A stretch of 64,000 nt of DNA from Azolla caroliniana (taxonomy: Eukaryota > Plantae > Polypodiophyta), in assembly GCA_043228905.1 (NCBI GenBank), contig JBHGNT010000004.1, positions 3,968,001-4,032,000 of the forward strand, in the 5' to 3' direction. Below, piece after piece: positions 26,566 to 38,640 of the stretch; positions within the stretch are counted from its first letter, which is position 1; every line of letters begins with the position of its first letter. Below the pieces are notes generated by a model that made no database searches, was not told where the DNA came from, and saw only the letters and a program-made list of their open reading frames with translations. The translations under genes were made by a program, and so were the position numbers.

Positions 26566-29500
26566 ACGTGTACATATGATTCGCATCCAAAAACTCTATG
26601 ATGAGCATAATGAGGTGTCTTGCTTGTCCACAACTCTTGTGCCACTTTTAGATCTATGGTTGTGTCAGGTGATAGATTAATCACGTGGACTGTTGTTAAA
26701 ATAACTTCTACCCAAAAACCTTGTGAGAGGTTTGCATGGTGTAGCATAGAGACAACTCTGTCCCTGGGTGGTTCTATTCATCCTCTCAGACACACCATTT
26801 TGGACAGGAGTGTAAGGAGCTGTAAACTCTCTCCGAATGACTCTAGACTTACAAAGCCACCAAATTCATGAGAGGCATACTCACCTCCATTGTCCGAATG
26901 TAAAGTGTTAAGCTTTATGTCCTTTTCCAACTCAACCGAACTAAACCATTTTCTAAAAGTAGGGTATACATCATCCTTTCCCTTAATCGGATAAACCCAA
27001 ACTTTCATAATGGCATCATCAATAAAAGTAACAAATTACAATGCAACACCCAAGGATCTTGTGGGCATAGGTCCACAAACACCCGTGTGAACAAGATCCA
27101 ATGGTCTAATGGATGAGTTAACATTGGTCTTATGTGCACTTCTAGTTTGCTTACCATGTTGACAATGTTCAAATAATGCAAAATCAAAGAATGACAACTT
27201 AGGTAAGTAACCATAACGAGATGAAACTTCCATGCCATTTCGTGACATGTGGCCTAAACGACTGTGCCAAATGCTTGTCATAGGTTGGTTTGTGATAGCC
27301 AACACATGTTCTTTTTTATGAACAAATAGAGGGTAGAGGGAACCAAATATGTTCCCTTTTGCAACGATCATATTTCGTTTTGTTATACGAAAGGATTGGG
27401 AAGCAAATATCACCTTATATCCGTTGTCATCAAGCTGACCAATGGACATTAGACTACGAGTTAGTTGAGGAACACGGCTTACATCTTTGATGGTGAGATG
27501 AGAACCATTACTAAAGTGCATTGAGATATCTCCAATGCCAATCACATCACACTGATGTGAGTCTCCAAGTCTAACTTTCCCAAGGGACTTGGCTTCATAA
27601 CATGTGAACCACTCTCTATGTGGAGTCACATGGAATGATGCACTGGAGTCCAACAACCACGTATGGGATGGAGAAAAAACCATATTCACCCAACATGTGT
27701 GCTAATCTCATCTAAGACCAATATGTCCGTCTCAATCACATGTTGCATTTACTTCCTCTATTTCCACCGAGGAAGAGGGACCACTAGATTGTCTTCCATG
27801 CCCATCACCTTTGAATTTATCATTATCTTTTTCCTTATTTTTCAGGGCATAACAATCTTTCTTGAGGTGTCCCTTTTTATGGAAATAATGATGCTCCTTG
27901 TTTTTCTTCCTAGATTTGCTTCTACGTCTATCATTTCCATTGTTATTTCTCATTTGGCTCTTACCATGGTGTTGGTTCTTGCGAGAACCAACATCATAAA
28001 CATTATATGCATCTCCATTATGTGACGCAATCATGGATTTCCTACGAATCTCTTCGCCAAATGGTGCTCCACATATGTCGTTATTGACTAATTTCCCATT
28101 TGGTGCACTATTGCTAACAACGGTGCAAAATGTGTCCCATGAGCTAGGCAAAGCGCATAACAAAAATACACATTTTAGCTCATCATCCATAGTCATTTTC
28201 GGAGCCTATAATTGTGAGTAAGACCATAGTGCATCAAAATCATTCGAATGAGAGGCGACACTATCGGTGTCCTTCATTCGAAGATCCTAAATATTTCTCA
28301 TTAGATAAACTTTATTTGATGTAGTGTCTTTTTCGTATGTACTACATAGTTTAGTCCATAACTTTTCAGTTGAGTCACAATCCAAGATCGTGAAGTATAC
28401 ATTGTCAGCTAGGTGCAATCTAATGGTAGACATTGCCAAGAGATCGAGTTCTTCCTAATCGTCATTGGACATGCCCTCAAGTCTCTTGGCTATGCCATCT
28501 AATGGCCTTAATTGCCTTCTTTGAATCAGAACATCTTTAATCTTATTTTTCCACAAGGAGAAGTTGGATCCGTCAAATTTACAGATCTCATGCTGGTCTT
28601 TTCCACTCATAGAGTGATTTCTATGGGAATTAAAGGAACCACTGCTTGAGGTACTTGAAACCTCAGACATTTCAGAGGCCATTAAGTGGTAAGTAAACCT
28701 AATTGATTGCAACTCTAAGCACCTCATGATAGTTGGGACGCTACTCATTGGTAGGTCTCAAAGTACAACTATCACCATGTTCAAGGATATGTATATGTAA
28801 CTAGGCCCCCAAAAAACAAGAATGATGTGTGTTCGCCTAAGAACAACACCTCACTCATATTTCAGCCAAAAGTAAACGGAATGCAACTAAAACACAACTT
28901 CCAATTTCATAATCTCACTTTAGGTGAGCAAGTATTTAACATGCAAATCCTCTCTTTTGTATACTAGAAACACTCCTCTTTTTTGAGAACAAAAGACTAG
29001 TAAATACATGTTTTTTTTTACTATCTCTAGGTCAAAAAGAGGGAAAAAGTACATCTTGAATGGTGTGTTCTAGAGCAAAAACGGATCACAAACGAGTGGG
29101 AAAATGAGTTGCAATAGTAGCAAGTACTAGATATTAGCTCTATTCGACGAGTTCTTGACAAAACAACATACGCAGAGGGGCAAAGACAGAGAAAACGAGT
29201 GATTCCTACAACAAACGATGTCTTGCAGGTAGTTCATGCTCTGATACCACTGTTGGAATTCCAAGGAGAAGCGAGCGAGCTTGCTATTTTTTATTGCAGA
29301 GAAAATGATGAGAAACACACACATAGAAGGAAACAAAGAAAAACACACAGAATTTATTTTTTGGCGGGCGCCGGAAAACCCTTGTTTTCTATTATACCTA
29401 CTAATAAATAGTGAGAATTAGGGTTTATGGCCTTTCTCACTATCTATCAGAAATATGAATGAAAATGAACTACCTAACAATTTTTTAATGGGAAATTTTA

Positions 29501-30149
29501 AGTTGGGTTATGTATACATCGTTTGTGGAGAATTGAACTGATGTATTATATCATAAAACCATATGTTATAAATATTCATGGTGAGAAAGTCCTTGACTTG
29601 TTAAACCACCATGGAGAAGTGACTTTATTTGAAGCATTCAAGTTTATCATGAAGCATCAATAGAGCACAATTGTGATACCTATCAAGTCAATCATAGGGC
29701 AAGTGTTTCTGAAATTAAAGCATATGACAAGGTACAACCATAATTTGAAGATATTGAGTGGATAATATGCAATTATGGCAAAGTTTATAGAATTCATGCG
29801 TCACATAAGTTGTATGAAAGTTTTTTACACATCAATTCATCTTGTAAGGATAGACTAGTTCATGAGCTCTTCATCTAGCAACTTTTTAACATCGTAAAAG
29901 CTATAGGGCTATGCAGAGGTGATAACTTTGAAGAGAGGTTTGTGTGGTATGCGTCGGCCCAAGAATTTGTAAATATTGCATAATTTGCTACTTATGGGAG
30001 CATCAAGTCATTACCTTTGACTTGACATAGATCTCAAAGACATTGGCAAAGCAGAATCCTGTTGTTTTATATCAAAAGAAACAATGGCAACATGGCTTAT
30101 CTGGAATTTTGCCCTTCAAGCAGTAGAAAAAGGATAAGTGAAATATGAA

Positions 30150-30800
30150 AATAGGGTTTGGAAGATGATCTTGTAATCACTAATATGCTAAATGGTATGT
30201 ATTCAGAATTCCATTTCTTCTTATGAGATGGATGGAGTCATTGAAACAAGTGGGGGGAGGATGCTCTTACGTATGCATTTAGAAGAATTCCATTTCTTCT
30301 TATGTGATGGATGGAGTCATTGTTCTTCAAATCTTGTATTCAAGATGTGATTTTCATGGTCGAACACATTTGATTTAAAAGAAAGGAAAAGAAATCCATA
30401 TTGTCATCGCTCAACTAGGTATCAAATTGGATATGTTCATTAGAAGCATTGTTGATATGTATGCAACATGTGGAAGTTTATTAGATGCATATAAATTGTT
30501 CCATGGGCTGAGATCCCTCAAGGTGGGTGTCAATCATATGGCTTTGCATGAAGGCATGTTGATACATGCTGAAATCATGGATCAAGGAATACAAAATGAC
30601 CTCTATACAATAATGCTTTGCTTGAGTTTTACGTTGAATATGGAAAATAGAGGATGCTTGGTCATTGTAAATGTGGTGGTATATTGGATGCATGTAAAGT
30701 TTGTCAAGGATTAGATGACAAAAAGGTGGTATCTGGATATGTTGAATATGAACATGATGAGGAAGATTGATTTGCTTTGAGCATATGCAAATTCATGTAT
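30150..30800 (+). pseudogene. Degenerate PLS-class PPR gene fragment
   Basis: Fragments such as DMFIRSIVDMYATCGSLLDAYKLF and ALHEGMLIHAEIMDQG, interrupted by stops and frameshifts. Confidence 0.65.
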
Positions 30801-32049
30801 GTTTCAATTATTGAGGAAGTGCTCAATCAAATCTATCAAACGAAGGATTCATGGCTAGCCATTATCTTACACAAGACAGGTTGGGGAAGGATAATCACTT
30901 CCTCTCCATCATTTTGTATTTTGTAGCTGATATGTGCTTTTTAAAACTAATGGAAGGATATGTTTTCTAAAAAAGAAAAACCATATGTAGAGTTAGTATA
31001 CTCATAAAACTGATGTATATGGCCGAGAGCGTTGCACCCAATTAACAAGCATAACCTTTTTTATCATCCAACCAATAAATTTCTTTGTTAGGTCATCTCA
31101 TGAAGATGTACATTACAACAAAAACATTTTACAATTTCAACGAAATGTTTAAAAATGATAATGGAAAGGCTTTGTAAAGTCGCACAAAATGATTATAACG
31201 TTATAATGTGAAGAAAAATGCCCCAACTAAAGATGTGTGTTACCTTAATGGAAATGTGTAAGAGTTTCACCATTGATGACCTTATACCAAATAGTGACAC
31301 CTCTCTTCAATTATACAATAGGGAATTCATGAAGTTGCTGAAAAGGAAATAGTGTGGAATATCGACTTACAAAATCCAAAACCGTTCCCATAAATTTTAC
31401 AATTTTGTATTGCCACATTTTAGAGATTTATGGTCATATTCATTGAACAAGACTTTGAGCATACATAAATGTTTTGATTTATATTGTTGAATGTGCCCAA
31501 AGATAAGGCAATGATGTAATAGCCATTTTAGGACCTGAATTGAGTTTTTGACAATTAACCAACTCATCAATCCTTCAATTTAATATCATATTTATTTTCA
31601 AATGCCCAACTGTGAATGATATGGAAGTCCATGTTTTATTTATGTACAAGTTTCCAAATAAAAAAGGAGGATATTGATGAGAGCCAAATGTATAATAATC
31701 TCACTCAAGCACGAAAAAGATTTTCTTCATCACTATAACACCTTGATTTATCTATACATACTATAACCGCGATGTCCAAGAAAAATGTCCAAAATTTAGT
31801 ACCAAAAGCATGCCGACATGATTTTTGTTGAAATAGATTCAACGTAGTTGGATATATGATTGATGGTTGGTGTCCAGTCTCTTGAACGGAAGTTGTGATT
31901 TACATTGCCATACACAATGTTGTGAATGTTGAATGGAAATGTGTTGAGGTAACTGATGAGTTGAATATGTTTGGGGGGAACTTTTTGTGATAAGAAACTC
32001 ATGTAGGTTAGATAGACATCTAGATATTTAAGCAATATATATATATATG

Positions 32050-32087
<38 letters not shown>

Positions 32088-32091
<4 letters not shown>

Positions 32092-32176
32092 CCCTAGGGA
32101 CATTTGATAAAATTGGAACAATACACAGAAGATTACCATGGCCTTTGCGCAAGGATGACACACACAAATTGAGAAA
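32088..32176 (+). pseudogene. U6: U6 snRNA pseudogene, 3'-truncated
   Basis: GTTCCCCTAGGGACATTTGATAAAATTGGAACAATACACAGAAGATTACCATGGCCTTTGCGCAAGGATGACAC matches plant U6; ACAGAGA box and AGC triad mutated; CpGs decayed; 3' TGGTCCAAATTTT absent; (GA)n on both sides. Confidence 0.92.
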
Positions 32177-32289
32177 AGAGAGAGAGATGTTGAGCATGTA
32201 AAAAGCAAGTGATATTCACCCTCTACAAGGCCTTCATCACATACCTTATATGCTTTCATTTTTTATGCATTTTGATGTAATAATACAAC

Positions 32290-33030
32290 TTCAATACCTA
32301 GCTCATGTAATTGAGTGCAAAAGAGTATGAGGGCTCCATTGAGTTAACATGCACGTTGGTAATGAGATATGGTTGAATACGATCAATACACATCCTTGCC
32401 TTCTATTGAGTCTTCTTCTAATTTAAGATGCATTCACGTTTGCAATGCAATATTCTAATTGATCCTTTTATCATCTTCTAATACTCATGTTGAATGCATT
32501 TCTAATTTAAGAGGCATTCATGTTTGCAATGTAATATTCTAATTTTTCCTATTATCATCGTCTAATACTCGTGTTGAATACGATCAATACGCATCCTTGC
32601 CTTAAATTGAAACATTTCTACTTTAGGAGGCGTTCATGTTTGCAATGTAGTATTCTATTTGTCCTTTTATCAATACTTGGCTCACGTGATGGACTACAAA
32701 AGAGTATGAGGGCTCTACTTGAGTTAATAGTCATGTTGATAATGAGACAAGGTTGAATATGGTCAATACACATCCTTGCCTTATATTGAATCCACTTCTA
32801 ATTTAAGAGGCATCCATGTTTGCAATGTAGTATTCTAATTTGTCCTTTTTATCAATACCTTGCTCATGTGACCGAGAGCAAAAGAGTATGAGGGCCCTAC
32901 TTGAGTTAATGTTGGTAATGAGATAAGATTGAATACGATCAATACACATCCTTGCCTTAAATTGAATCCACTTGTAATTTAAGAGCCATTCACGTTTGCA
33001 ATGTAATATTCTAATATGTCCTTTTATTAT
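32290..33030. repeat. Degenerate tandem repeat, ~180-bp unit, about 4 copies including partial ones
   Basis: Recurrent AAAGAGTATGAGGGC, GTTGAATACGATCAATACACATCCTTGCC and GTTTGCAATGTAATATTCTAAT blocks. Confidence 0.85.
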
Positions 33031-33679
33031 CTTCCCACTTCTTTAGTGGTTCCATTAACCTTTCTTCAATTAATGTCATATCAAAGCTCTAAGAGATTTT
33101 CCACAATCCATCATTAGAATTTAGAACCAGTTTTTTTTATGTCAACTACCCAACTAGATGAGAGAATTTTATTCTTGTGAGTCATTGTAGCTTACATCCA
33201 ACATTCCACAACAAGACGTGGTAATGTATGGTTTGGTATAATTCTTTACTTTTGTAATGTATCTATATTCTCTTTGTGACATAGTATCTCTCTGGGTTGA
33301 AAACCTATTTTTAAGAGCATGACCTAGTAGGAGTTGGATTTAACTCTCAATTATCTCCTAAAAACATATCCTAAATCTTCTGAATCTCATTCCATGCATT
33401 AAGAGGGATAGTGCGACCCCTCACTTCTACTCTATAAAGTAGGTATTAAGTTACCACGGCATTAAATAACATTAGTTTCACTTCCTATATATGAGTAGCA
33501 CTTTGGTTGCATTTATTCTCCAACACTTACTAACTTTACAACAAGGAACATAAGTAAACTTGAAGAATACACTCCATTTGTTTGTACGATTGAAACCTAA
33601 CCCATGTTGGGTACAATCAAACCCATGAAAGATTAATACCAACATAGAGATAATGGACGATGGAATATGCAAATGAATG

Positions 33680-33716
<37 letters not shown>

Positions 33717-34815
33717 ACACTCACACAATCACAATCACACTCACACTCCCGATTACAATGAGGAGTCAACAATGGCTCCACTCAAGCCTAAACTAAATCG
33801 TTAAACCGTTTTTAAACGGTTTGCCGGTTTGGTTCAGTTCGGTTCAAGTCATGTCTCATAGATAATATTCAATCTTTCTTGTGAATGTTAATAACTTTTG
33901 TGTCTTTGCAGTGACTCATGAAGTCATTAATTGAATACACCAATATGACATGCAATTGATGACTTATCGTGATTATTAAGCGTAATTCAATATACCGGTC
34001 TTAGACTTACTTTACTTTGAGACAGAGTGAATGTCAATGTTATAAAACAACTCAATGCAACAAAAGCAATAAATAACATTTATGATAAAGATTGAACTTT
34101 ACTAGTATGTTGCACAAGGTCAATAAATAAAAGTTAGACATCCTCACTTGTATTGTGAATGTTGGTGTAACTTGTTCTATGCATGCACATGATACCTTTA
34201 AGTTATAGAAAACGTTATTATACTCCGCATGCGTATTACACATAATGACTGATATTTCGTGTGCAAGCTGTTGTTATGTCCTTTTCACCATAATTGACCA
34301 TTCATACAAGTAGTTTTTATTTTCTATATCTGGAATTTCCGCTGCTTGTTTTATGAGTGATGTGTGGATGGATAGACTATAGGTATAGGTAATTGCATTA
34401 GGAACAACGAGGAACAATTTTGTCTTGTGTGGACAAGGTCTAAATCTTTATCGTCATTTCATATAATGGTAACTGATTATGTAATTAATGTTGAATGTGT
34501 ATGTATACATACATACTCTCTCTCTTTCTCTCTAGAAAAATTGACATTTGGCATGTACGTAGGGAATTAGGGAAAGGTTGGTGGTGGCATGGTAATCATT
34601 AACTAGAAACTCAAATTTGTGTGGTTAAGGCTATAGCCCTAAAGTGGGTTTAACTATAAACTCATGTATGGTTAACTCAACCCAATTGTGGTTAATTTAA
34701 CCCAAGTGTGGTTAACTCAACTCAAGTGTGCTTGAAATTTAACTCATGTGGGGGATGTGCTTAAAATGGAGAGCTACTAAACGCAAGAAAAACACAAGGA
34801 AAACAGAGGTTGGAG

Positions 34816-36566
34816 ATGGAGCCATATGACCAAGAAACAGAGCTCAAGCTCCCACTCTCATTGAAGCTCCTCTTAACAATCGAGAAGCTTATGAGAGCTT
34901 TGATTTTCCGCAGAGATGGGTCCTTCAATCGAAGCGTATGCGGCTTCTTTGATTACCTCCTCTCTGTTAGGCCTTATTCCCCACGCCATGGCATCTCTTG
35001 TGAAGACATCCTTATCGACAGAAACAAAGGTCTTGGCTTCAGAATTTATACCCCTTCCACCAATCCAGGTTAGGGATAGGTTCAGGACTAATCCATTTTA
35101 GGGTTTGTGCTACGCCATACAACTTAGGATTGGGTTAGCATCAGTATTACTAAAATTTAGGGTTAGGGATAAAAGCTATGTTAGGATTATTTACATAGTT
35201 CGGTTTGAGTTAATGTTTTAAGGTTAAGTGATGCATACGGATAAGTTAGGATTATGAACTGGTAATTGATAAAGTTTCGGTTTGGATTATGGATATTGAG
35301 CTATATTTGGAGCTTGGATGTGAGGCTGGGTTGTTGGGTTATATTCTTGATTAAGGATAAAGATAGAACTCAGGTTATGATTATGGATCAAGGTTAGGTT
35401 AGGAGTATTCTTTAATGTTAAGGTGGGGTTCTGAATTATGGTTAATTGAGAAGATTAAGGTTACATCAGGGTTGTGGACACGGTTAGCTAAGGTTAGGTG
35501 AGGAATATTGTTAAGATTAAGATCAGGTTAGGAATATTGGTAAGATTAAGATGAGGTTAGCAATATTGTTAAGGTTAAGGTTAGGCTAGGAATATTGGTA
35601 GCATTAAAGTGAGGTTAGAACTATTGGTAAGGTTAGGGTTTAGGTTAGGACTATGAATCATGATTAAGACTAGGTTAGGGTTATTGTCGAGGTTAAGTTT
35701 AAGTTTAAGGGGCTAAGGTTAGGTCAGGAGTAGGGATTGGTTTCTTTTTTCCTCTTTTTACTTACCCTTTGGTCTTTATTTTCATACCAGGAGAAAAGGG
35801 ATTCCCCATAGTCTTCTATATCCATGGAGGTGGATTTGTCTTTATGACTCCGAGAAACCGAATTTATGATGCCTTTTGCAATCGTCTATGTGAATCCTGC
35901 AATGCGATAGTTATCTCCATTGACTATCGTAGGTCACCCGAGTTTCGATACCCTACTGCCTACGAAGATTGCTTGACGACAATTACATGGGTCCATCACA
36001 ATATTAAGAATAAAATTTCACCTTATGCAGATGCTTCTTCCATGTATTTGGTGGGTGATAGTGCTGGGGGGAACATTGTGCATCATGTCACATCGATGAT
36101 ACTCACTAATATGCCAAAAGAATCACGAAAACCGCTAAAACTCAAAGGCATTGTCTTACTTTGCCCATTCTTTGGTGGAGAAGAAAGAACACCAAGCGAG
36201 ATTCGTATGAGTTATAGTCCTCTCTTAACTATTCAAGCATGTGATTCGTACTGGAAGGCTTATCTCCCCCAAGGAGCCACTAGAGACCACCAAGCAGCCC
36301 ATGTGTTTGGTCAACATGACACATACGACTATATGAAGCTTGATTTCCCCCTTGCCATGGTCATAGTGGCAGAGCACGATATGTTGAAAGATTGGCAACT
36401 ACGTTATGTTGAGCAATTTCGGAAATTTGATAAGAGAATCATTCTCGAGTATTGCAAGGGAGGATTCCACTCCTCCCATCTTTTCCCCCAAATGGAAATG
36501 TCTTCGTACGTGATCGATAGGTTGTGTCAGTTTATGGAAGAATGTTGTGAATTTGAAAGAAGATAA
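34816..36566 (+). CDS. GID1-like carboxylesterase (alpha/beta hydrolase, CXE18/GID1-like), copy A, 342 aa
   Basis: join(34816..35068,35791..36566), phase-1 GT-AG intron; GID1-like N-terminal lid (LPL...RRDGSFNR), HGGGF, DYRRSPE, GDSAGGN, PFFGGEERT, catalytic Asp (HDML) and His (GGFH). Confidence 0.93.
35069..35790 (+). repeat. Intron of degenerate telomere-like (TTAGGG/TTAAGG) repeats
   Basis: C-poor, G/T-rich; dozens of GGTTAG/GGTTAA units including TTTAGGGTTAGGG; paralogous intron at 61603-62409. Confidence 0.8.
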
Positions 36567-37254
36567 ATCGACGAAAAGGTATAGTCACCTAGACGAATCA
36601 TAAAGGAATTCATCTTGCTATCTATTGACCCTCTAGTTGGTATCTTGCAATGATCAATATGCATTATTTATTTGCATAAACTAGGGAACATTTTCCAACA
36701 ATCAAAGCACATTCCAGTCATACTAAATTAGACAACTTTTTCAATGAAGAACTTTTTCTAAGTACCTTATAAAATTAACCAATAAATTAAAATGAATTAT
36801 AGATTATGTCTAGCCTACATAACATCATGAGCTATTTTAATAATATATAGGTGAAATGAACATACACCACTAATGTTCGAATTTTGCTCGGAGTATAATG
36901 AAGCAACAAATTTTCTAGATCCTCTGTCTTCTGGATGGAACTAATCTCATGTCTTAGATCTTGAAAGTATCTATTTGTGTGAATTTGAGATCTTGAAAGT
37001 ATCTATTTGTGTAAATTGAAAGAATGCTTGATAGATTTATTTGGTTAAAGCTATGTATATATTCCATCATATATCTACATCAAATATGTCTTCCCAAACG
37101 ACATCAATATTGGGCCATAACTAGCTGCTTAATGTTAGAAACACAATGTCAAAATGAACATGTCATTACATATGATTTCATGAATTTGATGTTAGAAACG
37201 TGAAGAAATAGGAATAATGCTAGAAATTGCAAAGAGGTGTGAAGTTAATAATGA

Positions 37255-38640
37255 GGATGAAACCCGGAAAATGGGCGAGGGATTTCATTGTCCGTTTTAC
37301 TCTCACACACAAGCGGATCGAAACAACACAAGCGATGCCCATGAATTTACGCACTGTGCTAAGCTCACAGAATCTGGACACAATTGCTCACAAGGACTTC
37401 ATTGCCATGGCACAGCGAATAGCCGGCTACCACGAGATTTGCGCCAGGGATTTTGGAGTAGGAATGGTGGCCACATCAATGCATGGCAGCCCCACAAGGA
37501 CATAAGACGAAAAAGGCCATAAGGAAATTGATTGCCCATACCTAGCAACAATTCAAAAGGAGAAGGAAAAAGGGCATAAGAAAATTGATTGCCCGTACCG
37601 AGCACCAATTCAAAAAGAGAAGGAAAAAGGCATGTCACAACTAGCAGTAAACATGGTCCAGATCGAATTAATGGAAGGCGAAGATACCGTAGACTCGGTG
37701 TTTGTCGCCACCCGTAGTCAAACCAAGCACAATGAATGGGACGTAGAAAAGAATGTCCGTGAGGAAGTAAGAGGGTTGGTATTGCAAGAAATTGTCACCA
37801 ACAAAATGGTAACCCCGGAACATACCGGCCCCAGCTCCCACACACAAACTCAAAAGTCCCGTCGGAGAAACAAACATATGGGTGGCAAATTACGGAAATT
37901 TAGAAAATTACATTTCGTGTAGATGAGCTGCTAACACTAGTACCTCGATTTTGCGATCAAATCATCATCGGTGCACTAATGAATAGCAAACAAAGCACAA
38001 AACTTGACAGTCTCCACCAGCGAGCAAGATCGAGATACCTCGCCTGAAGTATACGACGACGAAACCACTATCTAAAAATTCGGCACAAGAGGAAAAACTC
38101 TCTAGGCAACATAGGCCACAAGTCGCGGAAGGATTGCACATGTCGGATGGTCTAGAGGACAATGAAGTGGAGGACATTATCAATTCAATCCCAAACTTAG
38201 TCTACCTTTTCAAAGTGGACATCTTGCAGCTGGCTGAACACTTTAAGTGAGGAGGTTATCCAATCGGAGAAGCAAAGATGGCAAACCTCTAGTTGGGGTC
38301 ACAGATGACTTTCCGGATGGCAGCTAACTTATTTAAGGCCCACACCGAAGTCCCATAGGTGCGTAACAATCCCAATCATGAATCGTTAGATTGACATGGT
38401 GCATTTTTACCACAAGCACATTCCGAGCTGAACTGAGTAAAGATCAAAGCAAAAGATTAACGTTGAGTTCACGAAATTTTAAAGTGATGGGAGACGCCCT
38501 ATATATCGGTGGGGTGGAGCTGGAATTTTCCGTCGTTGCGTCCAACATTTTGAGCAAAGGAAATGCACATTGGAGGCCCATGAAGACATTTTTTTGGAGA
38601 GGTCATAACAATCACCAAGACATTAGAAACAGTTAATATA
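37255..38640 (+). mobile_element. Highly decayed Ty3/gypsy internal fragment
   Basis: VNMVQIE...VFVATRSQTK (gag-pro linker-like) and KRLTLSSRNFKVMGDALY (pre-integrase-like) fragments; no LTRs found. Confidence 0.5.

Larger units (their letters stand above)
12131..29449 (-). mobile_element. Old degenerate Ty1/copia retrotransposon (host of nest 1)
   Basis: LTRs 29251-29449 (5') and 12131-12256 (3', internally deleted); tRNA-iMet PBS (rc GCTCTGATACCA, 29238-29249); PPT at 12257-12266; broken gag (KFDGSNFSLWK), protease (WLLDSSASFH), integrase and RT/RH (YGLKQSPR, LYVDGML) fragments. Confidence 0.92.
31950..33050 (-). mobile_element. Decayed RTE-X-like LINE 3' fragment with internal tandem amplification
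   Basis: Minus strand reads ALILFCTQLHELGIE...[21 protein letters not shown], the same motif family as ORF 3213-4223; interrupted by a U6 copy. Confidence 0.6.
33850..37250 (+). repeat. Segmental duplication, copy A (paralogous to 58074-63625)
   Basis: Collinear similarity of upstream region, both exons, intron and 3' flank with copy B. Confidence 0.93.

Noticed and set aside
12126-29454. TSD for the nest-1 copia
   Set aside because: Flanks GATCT and GAAAT match at only 3 of 5 positions, so no TSD is claimed.
32088-32176. Functional U6 snRNA gene
   Set aside because: ACAGAGA and AGC catalytic motifs are mutated, and the 3' end and promoter are missing.
32290-33030. CRISPR-like array
   Set aside because: Eukaryotic context, no unique spacers, and units are whole-length degenerate duplicates.
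34816-36566. Calling the esterases GID1 gibberellin receptors
   Set aside because: They retain the catalytic His and HGGG, whereas bona fide GID1 has Val/Ile and HGGS.
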